DNA of 64,000 nucleotides. Source: Lama glama (lineage: Eukaryota). Shown one piece after another: positions 50,711 through 62,700 of this stretch. A model generated the notes under the pieces. It saw only the letters and a list, made by a program, of their open reading frames with translations, was not told where the DNA came from and did not search any database. Positions within the stretch are counted from its first letter, which is position 1. Every line of letters begins with the position of its first letter. Position numbers and translations under genes: made by a program. The stretch spans positions 994,001-1,058,000 of the forward strand of contig CM052817.1 in the NCBI GenBank assembly GCA_028534125.1, in the 5' to 3' direction.

Positions 50711-52091
50711 CCATAAGTAAAACAAAACGACAACCTACGGAACGGGAGAAAACTTTTGCAAATGAAACTGACAAAGGCTTGATCTCCAGAATGTATATAT
50801 AAGCAGCTCATACGACTCAAAACCCAATCCAAAAATGGGCAAAAGACCTAAACAAGCAATTCCCCAAGGAAGACAGACAAATGATCAATAGGCACATGAA
50901 AAAATGCTCAATATCACTAATTATCAGAGAAATGCAAATCAAAACTACAATGAGGTATCACCTCACACCGGTCAGAATGACCATCATTCAAAAGTCCACA
51001 AATGATAAATGCTGGAGAGGCTGTGGAGAAAAGGGAACATTGCTGGTGGGAATGCAGTTTGGTGCAGCCACTGTGGAAAACAGTATGGAAATTCCTCAAA
51101 AGCCTAGGAATAGACTTACCATATGACCCAGGAATCCCACTCCTGGGCATATATCCAGAAGAACCCTATTTCAAAATGACACCTGCACCCCAATGTTCAT
51201 AGCAGCACTATTTACAGTAGCCAAGACATGNNNNNNNNNNNNNNNNNNNNNNNNNNNNNNNNNNNNNNNNNNNNNNNNNNNNNNNNNNNNNNNNNNNNNN
51301 NNNNNNNNNNNNNNNNNNNNNNNNNNNNNNNNNNNNNNNNNNNNNNNNNNNNNNNNNNNNNNNNNNNNNNNNNNNNNNNNNNNNNNNNNNNNNNNNNNNN
51401 NNNNNNNNNNNNNNNNNNNNNNNNNNNNNNNNNNNNNNNNNNNNNNNNNNNNNNNNNNNNNNNNNNNNNNNNNNNNNNNNNNNNNNNNNNNNNNNNNNNN
51501 NNNNNNNNNNNNNNNNNNNNNNNNNNNNNNNNNNNNNNNNNNNNNNNNNNNNNNNNNNNNNNNNNNNNNNNNNNNNNNNNNNNNNNNNNNNNNNNNNNNN
51601 NNNNNNNNNNNNNNNNNNNNNNNNNNNNNNNNNNNNNNNNNNNNNNNNNNNNNNNNNNNNNNNNNNNNNNNNNNNNNNNNNNNNNNNNNNNNNNNNNNNN
51701 NNNNNNNNNNNNNNNNNNNNNNNNNNNNNNCTAAGTGAAGTAAGCCAGAAAGAGAAAGAAAAATACCATATGAGATCGCTCATATGTGGAATCTAAAAAA
51801 AAACATAAATACAAAACAGAAACAGACTCATAGACATAGAATACAAACGTGTGGTTGCCAAGGGGGCGGGGGGTGGGAAGGGACAGACTGGAATTTCAAA
51901 ATGTAGAACAGATAAACAAGATCATACTGTACAGCACAGGGAAATGTATACAAGATCTTGTGGTGGCTCACAGCGAAAAAAAATGTGACAGTGAATGTAT
52001 GTATTTTCATGTATAACTGAGAAATTGTGCTCCACACTGGAAATTGACACAACATTGTAAACTGACTATAACTCAATAAAAAAATGTTTAA
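50711..52091 (+). mobile_element. Young 5'-truncated LINE-1 with 19-bp TSD
   Basis: TSD aaaaagatgacacaacaaa at 50692-50710 and 52092-52110; [19 protein letters not shown]; spans an N gap. Confidence 0.93.
51231..51730. other. Assembly gap (500 N)
   Basis: N run. Confidence 1.
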
Positions 52092-52591
52092 AAAAAGATG
52101 ACACAACAAATTCAGTAATACCTTCACGCTCTGACCAGAAATACAGATCCTTTGGGTATCTCACCAGGCGCGCTGTAGCTCCATCTGCTGCTTCTGGACT
52201 TGTGGGCTGCCACACACTTGACTCTCTTGGCCGTCATTTAGTGGATTTGTGGCTGCTTTACATTCACTCCCAGCTTTTCCTCTTACGTGGCCCTCACTTA
52301 GTCACAGACCTTCCACCCGGGAGCTCTTCATCTCAGCCAGAACTACATCCTCTAGAGTCTCCTTTCTAAGGACCTTCTGTCTCTGTCTGAACATGTGTTT
52401 ATTTTGTCCGATCCTTTGTTTAAAAATATAAATCACTTTATTTTTAGTAAACACATAGAGAAACGTGCACAAATCACAAATGTACAGTGGAACTTCCACA
52501 AAGTAAGCACCCTGTGTCTCCAAAATCTGAATCAAGAGCTAGCCACACCCTGGATTCACCCCTGCACGCACCTTCCAATAGTATCCTTTGA

Positions 52592-52735
52592 GGGGGCAGG
52601 GTATGGCTCAGTAGGAGAGTGTGTACTTAGCATGCATGAGGTCCTGGGTTCAATTCCCAGCACCCATTTAAAATAAACAAACCTAATTACCCCCTCTCAA
52701 AACAAACAAAGTTAAAAATTAAAAAAAAATTAAAA
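52592..52735 (+). mobile_element. tRNA-derived SINE (Vic-1-like)
   Basis: tggctcagtagg A box, ggttcaattccc B box, aaacctaattacccc tail. Confidence 0.85.
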
Positions 52736-53180
52736 GGTGGAAGCATCCCAAGTGTTCACTGGTGGATGAATGAATGGGAACAACATGTGGTCTATACACA
52801 CGATGGAATATGACTCAGCCTTAAAAAGGAAGGACATTCAGACACCTGTTACAACGTGGATGAACCCTGACATTCTGCACAGTGAAACAAGCCAGTCACA
52901 AAAGGACAAATACTGTGCATTTCCACATATATGAAATCCCTAGAGGAGCCAAATCCATAGGGACAGAAAGTAGGATGGTGGGTACCAGGGGCTGGGGGAG
53001 GGAGGCGTTAGTGTTTAATGAGGATGGAGTTTCAGTTTGGGAAGATGGAGAAGTTCTGTGCATGGGTGGTGGTGACAGCTGCACAGCAGTGCGAATGCAC
53101 TTAATGCCACTGAGCTGCACACTTGAAAATAGTTAGGATGGTAAATTTTGTGTTATGTTTTACCACAATTTAAAAAAGGA
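52736..53180 (+). mobile_element. Old L1 (L1MB-like) 3' end
   Basis: atggaatatgactcagccttaaaaagg...gccagtcacaaaaggacaaatac...ttttaccacaatt. Confidence 0.82.
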
Positions 53181-55759
53181 AATAAGAAAGGTCCTTCTGG
53201 CTGTCTTTGGGAGACTGGGCCACAAGTGGGAGGACAACAGGGAGATGTGAGGTGAAGTGAGAGTCCAGGTGAGGTGCAGCGTGGACCTGGTGACTCTGAG
53301 GGTGGAGGGCACAGGATTTCTAAAAGGGCTGTTGTGGGCTTGGTCTGAGCATCTGCCAGGGTGGGGACGGACTGCCCTCACCAGAGATGGGAAAGGCTAA
53401 GGATAGTTGTTGAGTTTTATCTGGGGGAGGAGGAGGAGACGGCAGATGGAGGGTGAAATCAGGACATCAGTTCTGGACATACTGACCTTGGGAAGTCTGT
53501 TCTCCAAGCGGAGATGCCCAGGGCAGCTGGACATGGGCACCTGGAGCTGCCTGGCTGGTTTTCACAGCCCTGATTGGATAAGGTCACAAAGGACAGGGTG
53601 TAGGTGGGGAAGAGGCCCAAGGACGTGGCCCTGGGGAGGGGGCATAAAGAGGTGGGGGGGGGGCGAAGTGCCCCAGGGTGTAGGCAAAATGGAGCTTGGA
53701 CAGGACGGGACTCGGGCAGCTGGGGGAGGGCTGAAGACTGGTCCTTGGATTCTGTAGGTGGGTGAGTGCAGCGCCAGGCGCGGGCTGAACAGGTGTGGGC
53801 TCAACAGAGAAAGGCAGAGAAACCGGACAGCGAGGAGAGGTGATGGTAGCCGTGAGGGACTCAAGGAGTTTGTCTTATTTGCATACGGAAGAAATCACAG
53901 CCCGTTTGCTGAAGTAAAGATCCAGTGGAAAAAGAAAATCCGGCGCCCTTGGGGAGGCAAAAGGGAGGAAGAGTCAGACGGGGGTGAGGGGACACCGGCG
54001 CCGGGCGAGGGAAGGCGGAGAAGCAGCTGACGGCCCGGGCCGGCTCTCAGCATCCAGGCAGCCCCGAGCTTCCGCCCTGCGGACGGGGGCGCGGTCCCCT
54101 CGGGAGGGGCGCATGGTGCCACGGGCTCCAGGGTGTGCGGGGTAGGGATGGTCCGGCTGGGATTAAAGAGCCCGCCCGAACTAGAGGACCCCGGAGTGCC
54201 GGGGAAGCGGGAGAAGATGGATCCGGTGTGCAGGAGGTTCCACGAGTCTGCAGCTGCGCAGGGAAAGGCGCGGTTCCACCGCACGGTCGCCCAAGGTCTA
54301 GCCCAAGCCATGCCCCGGCGTAGGCTTGCTCTCCTTCCCCACGAGGACGCGGCTGTACGCGCGCGGGGAGAGGTGGCAGGAGCCCGCCACAAGCCGGAGG
54401 CAGCGTGGGACTGAAAAAAGCCTGTGCCGTGTGGCGTCCTCCAGGCGCACGTCCCAACCGAATGGCCCCACAGGGCCGCTGCGCACATCCGGCTGCCGCT
54501 CTCCGTCCCACTCGGTGGCTGTGACCTCGCCACCCGGGCGCGGGACTCCGGATAAGGAGCACGGAAATGGCGCACGTCCGGGAACGCGGTCCGCAGTCCC
54601 CCGGCCCCCACGCGGGGCCTGCCCACGTTTCCGGACGCCCCCCGCCCAGGCCCGGACTGCAGCGCGAGCCTGTCTCCGAGCCCGACCGCGAGAAGTGGCG
54701 GTCACGAGCACTGCCCCCTCCCCAGGTCAGCAAACCTGCCTCCGACCGGGGCCACCGACGTCCCTTTCCGTGGCAGGGCGACAACCGAACCCAGGCCCGG
54801 GGCAGAGGACGTCTAGGCTTGGCGCTGCCCAGCAGGAAGGGGGCCCGGCGCTGCCCGGCGCAGCGCAGGCTGCTGGCGGGCTCCGCCCGGCACTCCGGCG
54901 GCCCGGACGCGGGCCTAGGCGCATTCCTCGGCGGTGGCGGCCTCCGCATCGGCGCGGGCCTTGTAGAGACCAGGTAGACGCCAAACGGAAACCTTCCCTC
55001 TCAGAGGGACCAGGTCTCTCCCGCACGCGTGGGCTGGCAGCGACCTGAACCCCGTGCTTACCGCGGCGCCCGCGAGGGCCACACTAGGCTCTTCCAACAA
55101 CCTTGTGCGTCCACGGATAGAAAAGGGGCGAAGCGACGGCTCAGAGGTCACAAAGCTGGGGGGTGCGGGGAAGTGGCCAACAGGTGTTAGGGCACCGTGA
55201 GGTGGAGAGGGAGAACCCAGCAGGCCGGCTTCTCCCCTGCCCTTCTCGCCTGAGGGGCAGGGGCAGGGTCGGGCCGGAGTGACTGGCGGAGAGAGTGGAT
55301 CCTTCACGGCTCACGAGCCCAGGTCGCTCCTGGCCCGGATCTCGCCCGAGCAATCCGACCTGACTGGACCCCATTGGCCCAGGAGCAGAGGCCGCGCTTT
55401 TGCATTCACTGGACCCTGGCCCTGGCGTGCATCGAGCCCCTCCCTCAGGATCGGCGCAGGGACACCCCAAGCCCCCGGACCGCCAAGCTCCAGCGGCAGA
55501 TTTCCCGCTTCCTCGGCTTTGCTCCCGCCCGCGGTGGCTCTGGAGGTGCGGTCCAGACGCCGTCGCCTCTAGGCAGCCCTCCATAGCCCGTAGGCCTGAC
55601 GGCACTCCACAGCAGTCGCCGGCCGTGGCTGGGCGCACGGAGTCCAGGAGCCACCTCGGTCCCTTTAAACCAGAGGTTCGTTCAGTCCCGGGGTTTCCAT
55701 GACGACGACGTCGGATGGGGGGACCCGGGGCGGGGTCGGGGCGCATGCGCGTTGAGCGC

Positions 55760-55818
55760 CGGACGCAGCACGTCTTCCCGAGTCGCCAGCGCTGCTGTCG
55801 CGGGGTTCCTGAACCGCG
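55760..55818 (+). other. NICOL1: Probable non-coding first exon of NICOL1 (start approximate)
   Basis: GCG|gtaacg donor followed by a G-run-rich intron and a ctgcag acceptor at 56120. Confidence 0.65.
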
Positions 55819-56146
55819 GTAACGGCAGGGTGGGGGTTCGTCGGGTCCCGGGGGGCGGGAGAAGGAAGTGGGATAGCTGGGCCCGGGGAGCGTGGCGGGG
55901 GTGGAGAGGAAGGGGTGCGGTGGGCACTAGCGAGACCCGGTGGGCGGGGTGGGGGTTCGCTGGGCCGGGGGGGCGGGGCCCTGGAGGTGGTTTGCTGGGC
56001 CGGAGAGGTCGGGGGTACTAGGGGTTCGCGAGCCCGGGGGCCACGGAGGGGCCGGGGGCCGGGTGAGGGTTCGCTGGCCTGAGATGGGGCGCGTGGGGTG
56101 CTGAGCCTCCGCTGCTGCAGGGCGCCCGGGCTCCCTCCGCTCGGCC

Positions 56147-56279
56147 ATGGCTCCCCCGCCGCTGTGCAGGCTCCCGAGGTCGCCGCCGCGGCTGATGCTG
56201 CTCCTGCTGCTGAGCGTCGCGCTGCTGGGCGCCCAGGCCCGCGCCGAACCCGCCGCCGGGAGCGCCGTCCCCGCGCAGA
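56147..56279 (+). CDS. NICOL1: NICOL1 (C4orf48) first coding exon, signal peptide; spliced CDS 288 nt, 95 aa
   Basis: gccATGg Kozak context; MAPPPLCRLPRSPPRLMLLLLLSVALLGAQARAEP; CAGA|gtaggt donor. Confidence 0.93.
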
Positions 56280-56483
56280 GTAGGTGCCGCGCGCGCATGC
56301 GGAGGGGTCTCCGCGGGCCCGGGCCCTGACCCCACCCGGGCGTGCTGGAGGGGCGTGGCTCCCCTTTGTTCCCCGGCGGTCCCCGCACCCCCTTGGGTGG
56401 GAGGTGGGGGGCGGGCCGAGGCCGCTGCTCGGGTGGGACTGGGCTGGCGGCGCGCCCTCCGCCCTGACTCGCGCCCCTCGCAG

Positions 56484-56572
56484 GCCGCCCGTGCGTGGAC
56501 TGCCACGCTTTCGAGTTCATGCAGCGCGCCCTGCAGGACCTGCGGAAGACGGCCTACAGCCTGGACGCCCGG
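56484..56572 (+). CDS. NICOL1: NICOL1 second coding exon (SRPCVDCHAFEFMQRALQDLRKTAYSLDAR)
   Basis: cgcag|GC acceptor, CGG|gtgagc donor; conserved C4orf48 core. Confidence 0.96.
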
Positions 56573-57545
56573 GTGAGCCTCTGGAGGCCGGGGAGGAGGG
56601 ACCCGCCATCTCCCGATCCAATGCCCCACGCTCTGTTTCTAGCCCCAGTGAGAGAGGATGCAGGCAGTTCTCCTCTCCAGGGCTGCACTGGGCACTTTTC
56701 CCGGCGACCCCTACGCAGGCCCAGAGAGGGGACAGGCAGTCCTGATGAGGCACTCCCCAGGTGTGAGGGCAGAGAGGAGACTGAGGCCGGGAAGTGGCCT
56801 TTAAAAGGGAGCGCGGGGGTAGTGTTGGGCGTGGAAGGTTAGCTTGAGCACAGCTGTCTGGGAGGTTCCCCAGCCCCCAGCCTCATCTGGGGAGGGACTG
56901 GTACGCGTACAGGGTGCCAGGGGTCACCCCCCAGGTCTGGAATGAGCAGTGAGCACCCACTCCCCGAAGTTGCTGTGCCCCAGCCAACGGAGTTTTCATT
57001 TATAACAGAAATATGTTCTCTTTCTGGAAAGCAGAGAGCATTCCTAGAAACAGAAAGAAGGGGAGACCCTACCCTGGTCTCCTGACCAATTTCCAAGGGT
57101 CCAGACTGCTCTCTGTAGCGACCCTTGGAGGCTACAGGGCCTGAGGCTCCGAGCCTGGTGCCCTGGTCCTGAGAGGAGCAGCCCCCACCCACCTTCAGGG
57201 ATTGGGAGAGGTGTTAGGGGACGGAGTGGGCCCTGGGAGGGGTGGATGAGGTGAAGGAGAAGCAGGGAAGGTGGTCCAGGTGTAGGGACCAGGGAGGCAG
57301 GGCTGGCCCATGGCAGAAATTGCAGAGGGTCCAGCAGAGCGGTGGGGAGGAGTGGGGAGAGGATGCCTGGAGGGCAGCGGGGGAGGGGGTGGTGTCACAG
57401 TGCAGGTTCAGGCTCTGAGAGTCTTGGGAGCTGGTGAAAACGGGACTGTCAGCAGGTTTCGGGAAGCCAGGAGCTGGAGGGCCCTGGGGAACTGGTGGGT
57501 GGGGGCCACCGTGCAGCGCCCTCACGGCCCCTTGTTGCTTTTCAG

Positions 57546-57611
57546 ACGGAGACCCTCCTGCTGCAGGCCGAGCGCCGGGCCCTGTGTGCCTGCTGGCCGG
57601 CTGGGCGCTGA
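57546..57611 (+). CDS. NICOL1: NICOL1 last coding exon (TETLLLQAERRALCACWPAGR, stop)
   Basis: ttttcag|ACG acceptor, TGA at 57609-11. Confidence 0.95.
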   Translation, partial: TETLLLQAERRALCACWPAGR

Positions 57612-57639
57612 GGACCTGGAGCCAGCACTTTCCTTCATC

Positions 57640-57645
57640 AATAAA
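57640..57645 (+). terminator. NICOL1 polyadenylation signal AATAAA
   Basis: 28 nt after the stop, followed by GU-rich tgtgtcctgtct. Confidence 0.85.
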
Positions 57646-59019
57646 CATCTGGCCCGGCATGCCTGTGTCCTGTCTCCCTGCTCTGGCCGCCAGAGCCCCC
57701 CTTCCTTGCCCCCTGGAGGCCCTGGTTGGGCCTTTCTCTGGGCCTTGGTTTCCCCAGCTGTTCCATGTGGGCGGAGGCCCTCTTGGCACTTATCCCACTC
57801 CAGGGCCTGAATTGAGTGGGGCTGTCTGGCCACACTTGTGGACCTGCACCCACAAGCACCGGGTCCTCAGGGAACCCGCCTTCCAAGGACCACCTCCCTT
57901 GCCTGCCTGCCCTTGTTCGGAGGCTGGGGGAGTGTAGAGGCCGGCCTGGTCTCTGGAGCAGCTGCCCCAGTGCCGAGCCTCCGAGGGCTCTCCTGCACTG
58001 ATGAGGAGACGGCCGCGGTCCAGGGCTCCCTGGAGGTCCTGCTGGTGGGCCCACAGAGCCAAGCCCACTGTAGCCAAGAAGCCTGAGGCTGCTGGAGGGG
58101 GTGTGAGTGGGTGGGGTGCGGGGGAGGGCTGGGACCCTTCCCCCCCTTCTGTCTTGCCTGCCCCATCCCTCCTGCAGACCCCAGCCTGGGCCCTGCATAT
58201 CAGGAACTCCTGGATAGTGACATGGGCCTGAAGACAGGCTCAACCCCCGATCCACACACGTGTGTGCGCAGCACCAGGTGGGCGGCCTCCCTCTTTCTCT
58301 TACCCTGTGCATTCTGTACATGTTTTTTTAAGTAAAAATTATAGCCCTTTTTCAAAGGGTTGCATGCATACTGTTAGAAGTACTCAGTAGCACGGCAGGG
58401 CTGTGATTGCAAGTGGCTGCTGGGGCACTTGGCCTCCCTGGGGTTTTAGTTCTCTGGCTGTGGCGTCCCTGTGCTGCTGCCTCAGGTGGGTAAAGCCAGA
58501 CCTTCCTAGTCCCCACCCCAGCCCGTCATGTCCTGTCTTTGTGATGCGATGCGCATATCTATTCAGATCCTGGCCCCCAGCCTTCCCTGGCCCCACTGGC
58601 CTCCCAGCCATTGAACTTGACTGCTCCTGTCGTGGTACCCTTTTGTTGGAACGGCCTGGCATGCAGGTGCTGATCCAGGTGTCTGGACCACAGTGAACAA
58701 ACCAGAGTCCTACCTTGGTCACGGTAGGAGGCTGACTAGAGGTCTGGGGGTGATGACACCTGTGAACTCTGAAGCCGGTCAGAGAGAGACTGAGGAGTGC
58801 TGCAGCCAGGGCAGATCTGGGCTGGCCCCCCCCACGCCTGGGCGTGAGTGGGGTGCAGTGGCAGGGACCAGGATCCACCTGTTCAAGGAGCAGGGGGTGA
58901 CAGAGGCAGGTGCTGTCTGTTCAGAGCGCTGCCAGACAGGCTCACATCCCATTGCCTGGCCTCAGGCAGTGACCACTCCTGGCTGTAAGTGAGGCAGGAT
59001 GCCGACCTGTGTTGTTGAC

Positions 59020-59200
59020 TTGTGGCCAGGTTCACAAACACACTTAGAACACCAGTGAACACTTTTTAGTGTGAAAAGTACAGGTATTTCTAGTGTAAGG
59101 ACTTGGTGTAAGTATGTCCCGTGTAACGTTTGGGACACATTTATACCAAAAGTCATTTATCCCGGGTTTAAGTTTATCTGGGCATGCAGTGTTTTGTGGA
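59020..59200. mobile_element. MER53-like palindromic hAT MITE
   Basis: Core inverted repeat tggtgtaagtatgtccc...gggacacatttatacca matches the recalled MER53 centre. Confidence 0.65.
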
Positions 59201-59204
59201 CTCG

Positions 59205-59740
59205 GGGGGTCAAGGACAGAACCGGAAGTGGGGGGCCGGGACTGGGTGGCGGCAGCAGCAGGGGTGAAGAGGAGTTGAAATCCAGGTGTATTTGAAAGTA
59301 GAGCCAGCGGGAATTGCGGGTGGGTTTTGAGAGAAAGGGAGGAGGGGAGGGCGGAAGAGGGATGGAAGCAGCGGGGAGGTCCGAGAGGCTCCTGGACAGG
59401 TGCACCTGGGAAAGGGCAGGACCCGAGTGCTGGCCGAGATCCCTGCGGACAGAGGAGGGCTGTGTGCGCTGGGAGGGCATGCAGGCACGGGAGACCGGGC
59501 AGTTGTTGCGCAGGAAGAGAACAAGATGGGCGGAGGCTTCGGGCAGAAGGGAGGGCTCAGCGAATCACATGCCCCCAGGTCAAGCAAGACCCGAGGCTGG
59601 ACCACTGGATTTGACAGCCTTGGTCGTCATCAGCCTTGACAAGACCAGGGTCAGTTGAGGGTGGGGAAGGCCTGAAGTGGGGTTTCACTGGAGAAGTGGA
59701 TTGGAGAGTCACCATAGACAGCTCTTGCGAAGGGTTTGGC
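59205..59740 (-). mobile_element. Probable LINE-2 remnant
   Basis: gtatttgaaagtagagccagc...ccactggattt...ccttgacaaga motifs typical of antisense L2. Confidence 0.5.
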
Positions 59741-62700
59741 CCTGCGTGTGGTCAAGGCCAGTGGCATTCAGGTTTGTCCTAGAGCTATGACACGGCTTTC
59801 TGGCTCACCTGTAGGCTGATTGGATAGAGGGCGGCTATTATGACTCCATGTCAGTATAATTCTTGGAGGCTGAGAGAGCTGGAAATGAGTTACCTTTGGG
59901 ACAGCTTTTGTTTTCTCTGGAGATTGTGTCTGCCTTCTCTTTCCCCCTTGTCTGCCTTTATCACATTCTCTAGCAGTCAACTCATTCCCCACGTGTCCCT
60001 TCCTGGGCCCTTGCCCTCCTGCTCCTAGCCAACTGGGCATGCCCACTGCCCACCCTTCACTCTTCTAGTTTGGATCCAGTGTTTCCTAGATCCCATGCCA
60101 TCATCTCCCTGTTACATGCCTTCAAGTAGCTTCCTAGAGAACAGTGTGGTAAGTAAACTTCCTAAGCTCACCTGTCTGAAAATATCCCCTGCTGGCACAT
60201 TTAATTCAAAGCCCCCAGGGCCTTTGCACATGCTGTCCCCTCTCCATGGAGTTCCCATTTGGGCTCCTCCACCACCTGCCTCACTCTTCACCCCCTTATT
60301 CCAGCTTACTTTTCTTTGACCCTAAGAGATACTAGAGTATTGATCTCTGTTACTGATTTATTTCCAGCTCCGCCCCCACTGAGCTGTAAAGCCCCAGGAG
60401 AGCTTTATTTTTTCAGGGCCCAACAGCGAGTAGGCACTCACCCAGCGGTGTTGAAGGGAAGGCCAGTGGTGGATGAGGGACCCGGTGAGGAGGAGAGCAC
60501 GGAGCGGGGCGCCCGCAGCAGGTCCCATCACTCCCTACCCTCAGAACTGAAGGTCCACTCGAGGTGCTGGACAGGTTCCAAACGGGGGTCTCAGTCCTTC
60601 AGCTGAAATAACAGTGACAGTGGCTGTCCTTTCCTGTTTCCTCCCTGTCACGTTCTCTTTGTGGTTCCTGTTAGCTTCACCCTGGGCCTCCAATCGGTCC
60701 TGGCTTTCTTTTTTCTTTCCATCTCCTGCTCTTCTGGTTCACTTCCTCCAGTGCTCCCACCCCTTCTGCCACCCTTCCCAGTCCCATTCCCTGGGCCCCC
60801 CTCTACCGTGACCCAGGAGACCCTGAGTCTGCCTGTGGTTTCCCTTCTTCAGTGGGGGTCGGGGGCTGTCCTGCCAGCGAACCATCCGGTGTTCGGCACC
60901 TCCTCCCTTCAGTACCAAGGGCGCCCTCCCAGATCTGGTGTCTGGGATCTGGGTAGGGGGGTCTCACTGCTGCATGCATGACCTCCGCCACCCCATCGGG
61001 TACCCACCAGGCTCTGGCAGTGGTATAAGGCTGGGAATCTTGGGGTAGTTGGGGCAGCCCGGAGGCCTTGATGGGAGGGGACTCTGGGCAGCCGAAGCCA
61101 GAGAAATGAGTGGGATTTTCTGGTGGGGGAGGTGGGCAGTCCTGGGCTCTGGGAGTTCAGACTGCCCTTGACCTCACCGACCCTTGGTTTTCTGTAAAAT
61201 GGGCTCCTGATGGCAGCAGATATGGTGTGTGGCCTGCTTCCCAGCTCCCCCACTCTGCCTGGGTCCTTCTGCGGGCTACTCTGTGAGGGGCTGTCCCTTT
61301 CCTGACCCCTAGGTGACGGCAGCCACCTCCCTGGGCCCCAGACAGGCTCGGAGGTGGTGCCTGGGGCCACTGCGTTGCCTGCAGGGTCTTCTCCTCTCAG
61401 GCCACCCCCAGCTCTGAGCATGTTGAAGTCTAGGCCCCAACACCTCCAAGACCCTCCTGGTGGCCATCCTTGGGGCCTGGCCTGTCCCTTCCAAGCTGAG
61501 TCTGGCTCCCTCCCACCCTGGTCCTGGCACTCTCCAGGACCCGTGGGGTGGGGGCAGACCACTGCCTCGTGGCCCTGGAGGCTGTCAGGGACTTGTGGGG
61601 GCTGAAGGGTGAAGTCAGGCCGCTGCGGGGGCAGGAGGCAGCAAGCCTGGGCTGAGTGAGAGCCCGGCCCCTCCAGCCATCCTGGGACTTCGCTGTTGTG
61701 AGCAGAGGAGGGGTAGCCTCAGGCTCAGGGTCCGGGGATGAGGCGAAGTGGGTAACGGCCCGCAGAGGCTGTGGCCCTGCAGGGACTGGGCCACTCTGCT
61801 CTGAGGTTCCCCTTCACACAAGGATCTGGGGTCCATCTCGGGACATTGCCTAAGAGTTCCTGGCCAGCAGGCCTGGTTCTCTCCCCTCTGGCCCCCATCA
61901 GGGAGCAAGATAGCGTGTTCTTCTAATACCTGGTCTGGTACTCAAGGCCCACATTCCAAGCCTTTCCTTCTTGGGAGCCCCTTGACCGCTCCAGGCCACC
62001 AGCTGCCACTACACCCTCCACTCCCTTCCAGCCCTACTCTGGGTTTTTCCTGCCTGGACCCTTGCTTTCTGTCCAGCTTGCTGGGACGTTCTTCCTGCCA
62101 CTCACCTGACCAGCCTCAGGTCATCTCAGAGCCTGGTCCCACTGTGGCTGGTCAGGGCATCCAGCAGCCCCCAGGCAGCACATGGATCAACAAGTGCCTT
62201 TGAGATTTTCCCTGATTCCACTTTGGTCTGCAAGGAGGAGGCAATTGCCCCAGGCAATTTCTGGCATCTCTTGACACAGCGGGTAGGGGTGACTTCCCAG
62301 CTTGGCCACCCTTTCCCCATGACTCTTGGGACCCTTGCGCTTGCGGCGCCGCCGGTGGACCAGTGCAACTCCTGGGACTGGCGTCCTCCCTCTCCCCACT
62401 CGCCTGAGTCCCTTAGTAGGGACGCTGCCAGGGGTAGTCCCCTTCCTGGCCTCTAGGCGACGGTAACCTCCTCCCTGGGCCCCAACACGGGCTTAGAGTC
62501 CTAGGCCTGGACCCCCAGGCCTCATCCTCAGCCGCGCGGGTGTGAACTCAGCTCGGGGCTGCCTTGCGGGGTCACTTTCGGGGAATTCGGGCGACGCGGG
62601 TAAGAGGGTGCAAAGATGCAGGGAGGTGAGTTCTACAAGTGCTGGGGGTGGGGCTGGGACTACCTGTCCTCTCACTTCCACCTCTCCCCTCCTCCCCGGC

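Larger units (their letters stand above)
53960..56620. promoter_or_regulatory. CpG island containing the NICOL1 promoter
   Basis: High CpG; X-box-like gtttccatgacgac 55693-706, GC box at about 55727, NRF1 palindrome gcgcatgcgc 55741-50. Confidence 0.85.

Noticed and set aside
60850..62290. Further upstream exons for the candidate transcript before NAT8L (for example 60853-60952, 62120-62282)
   Set aside because: Weak splice sites, in-frame stops and no consistent phase chain.
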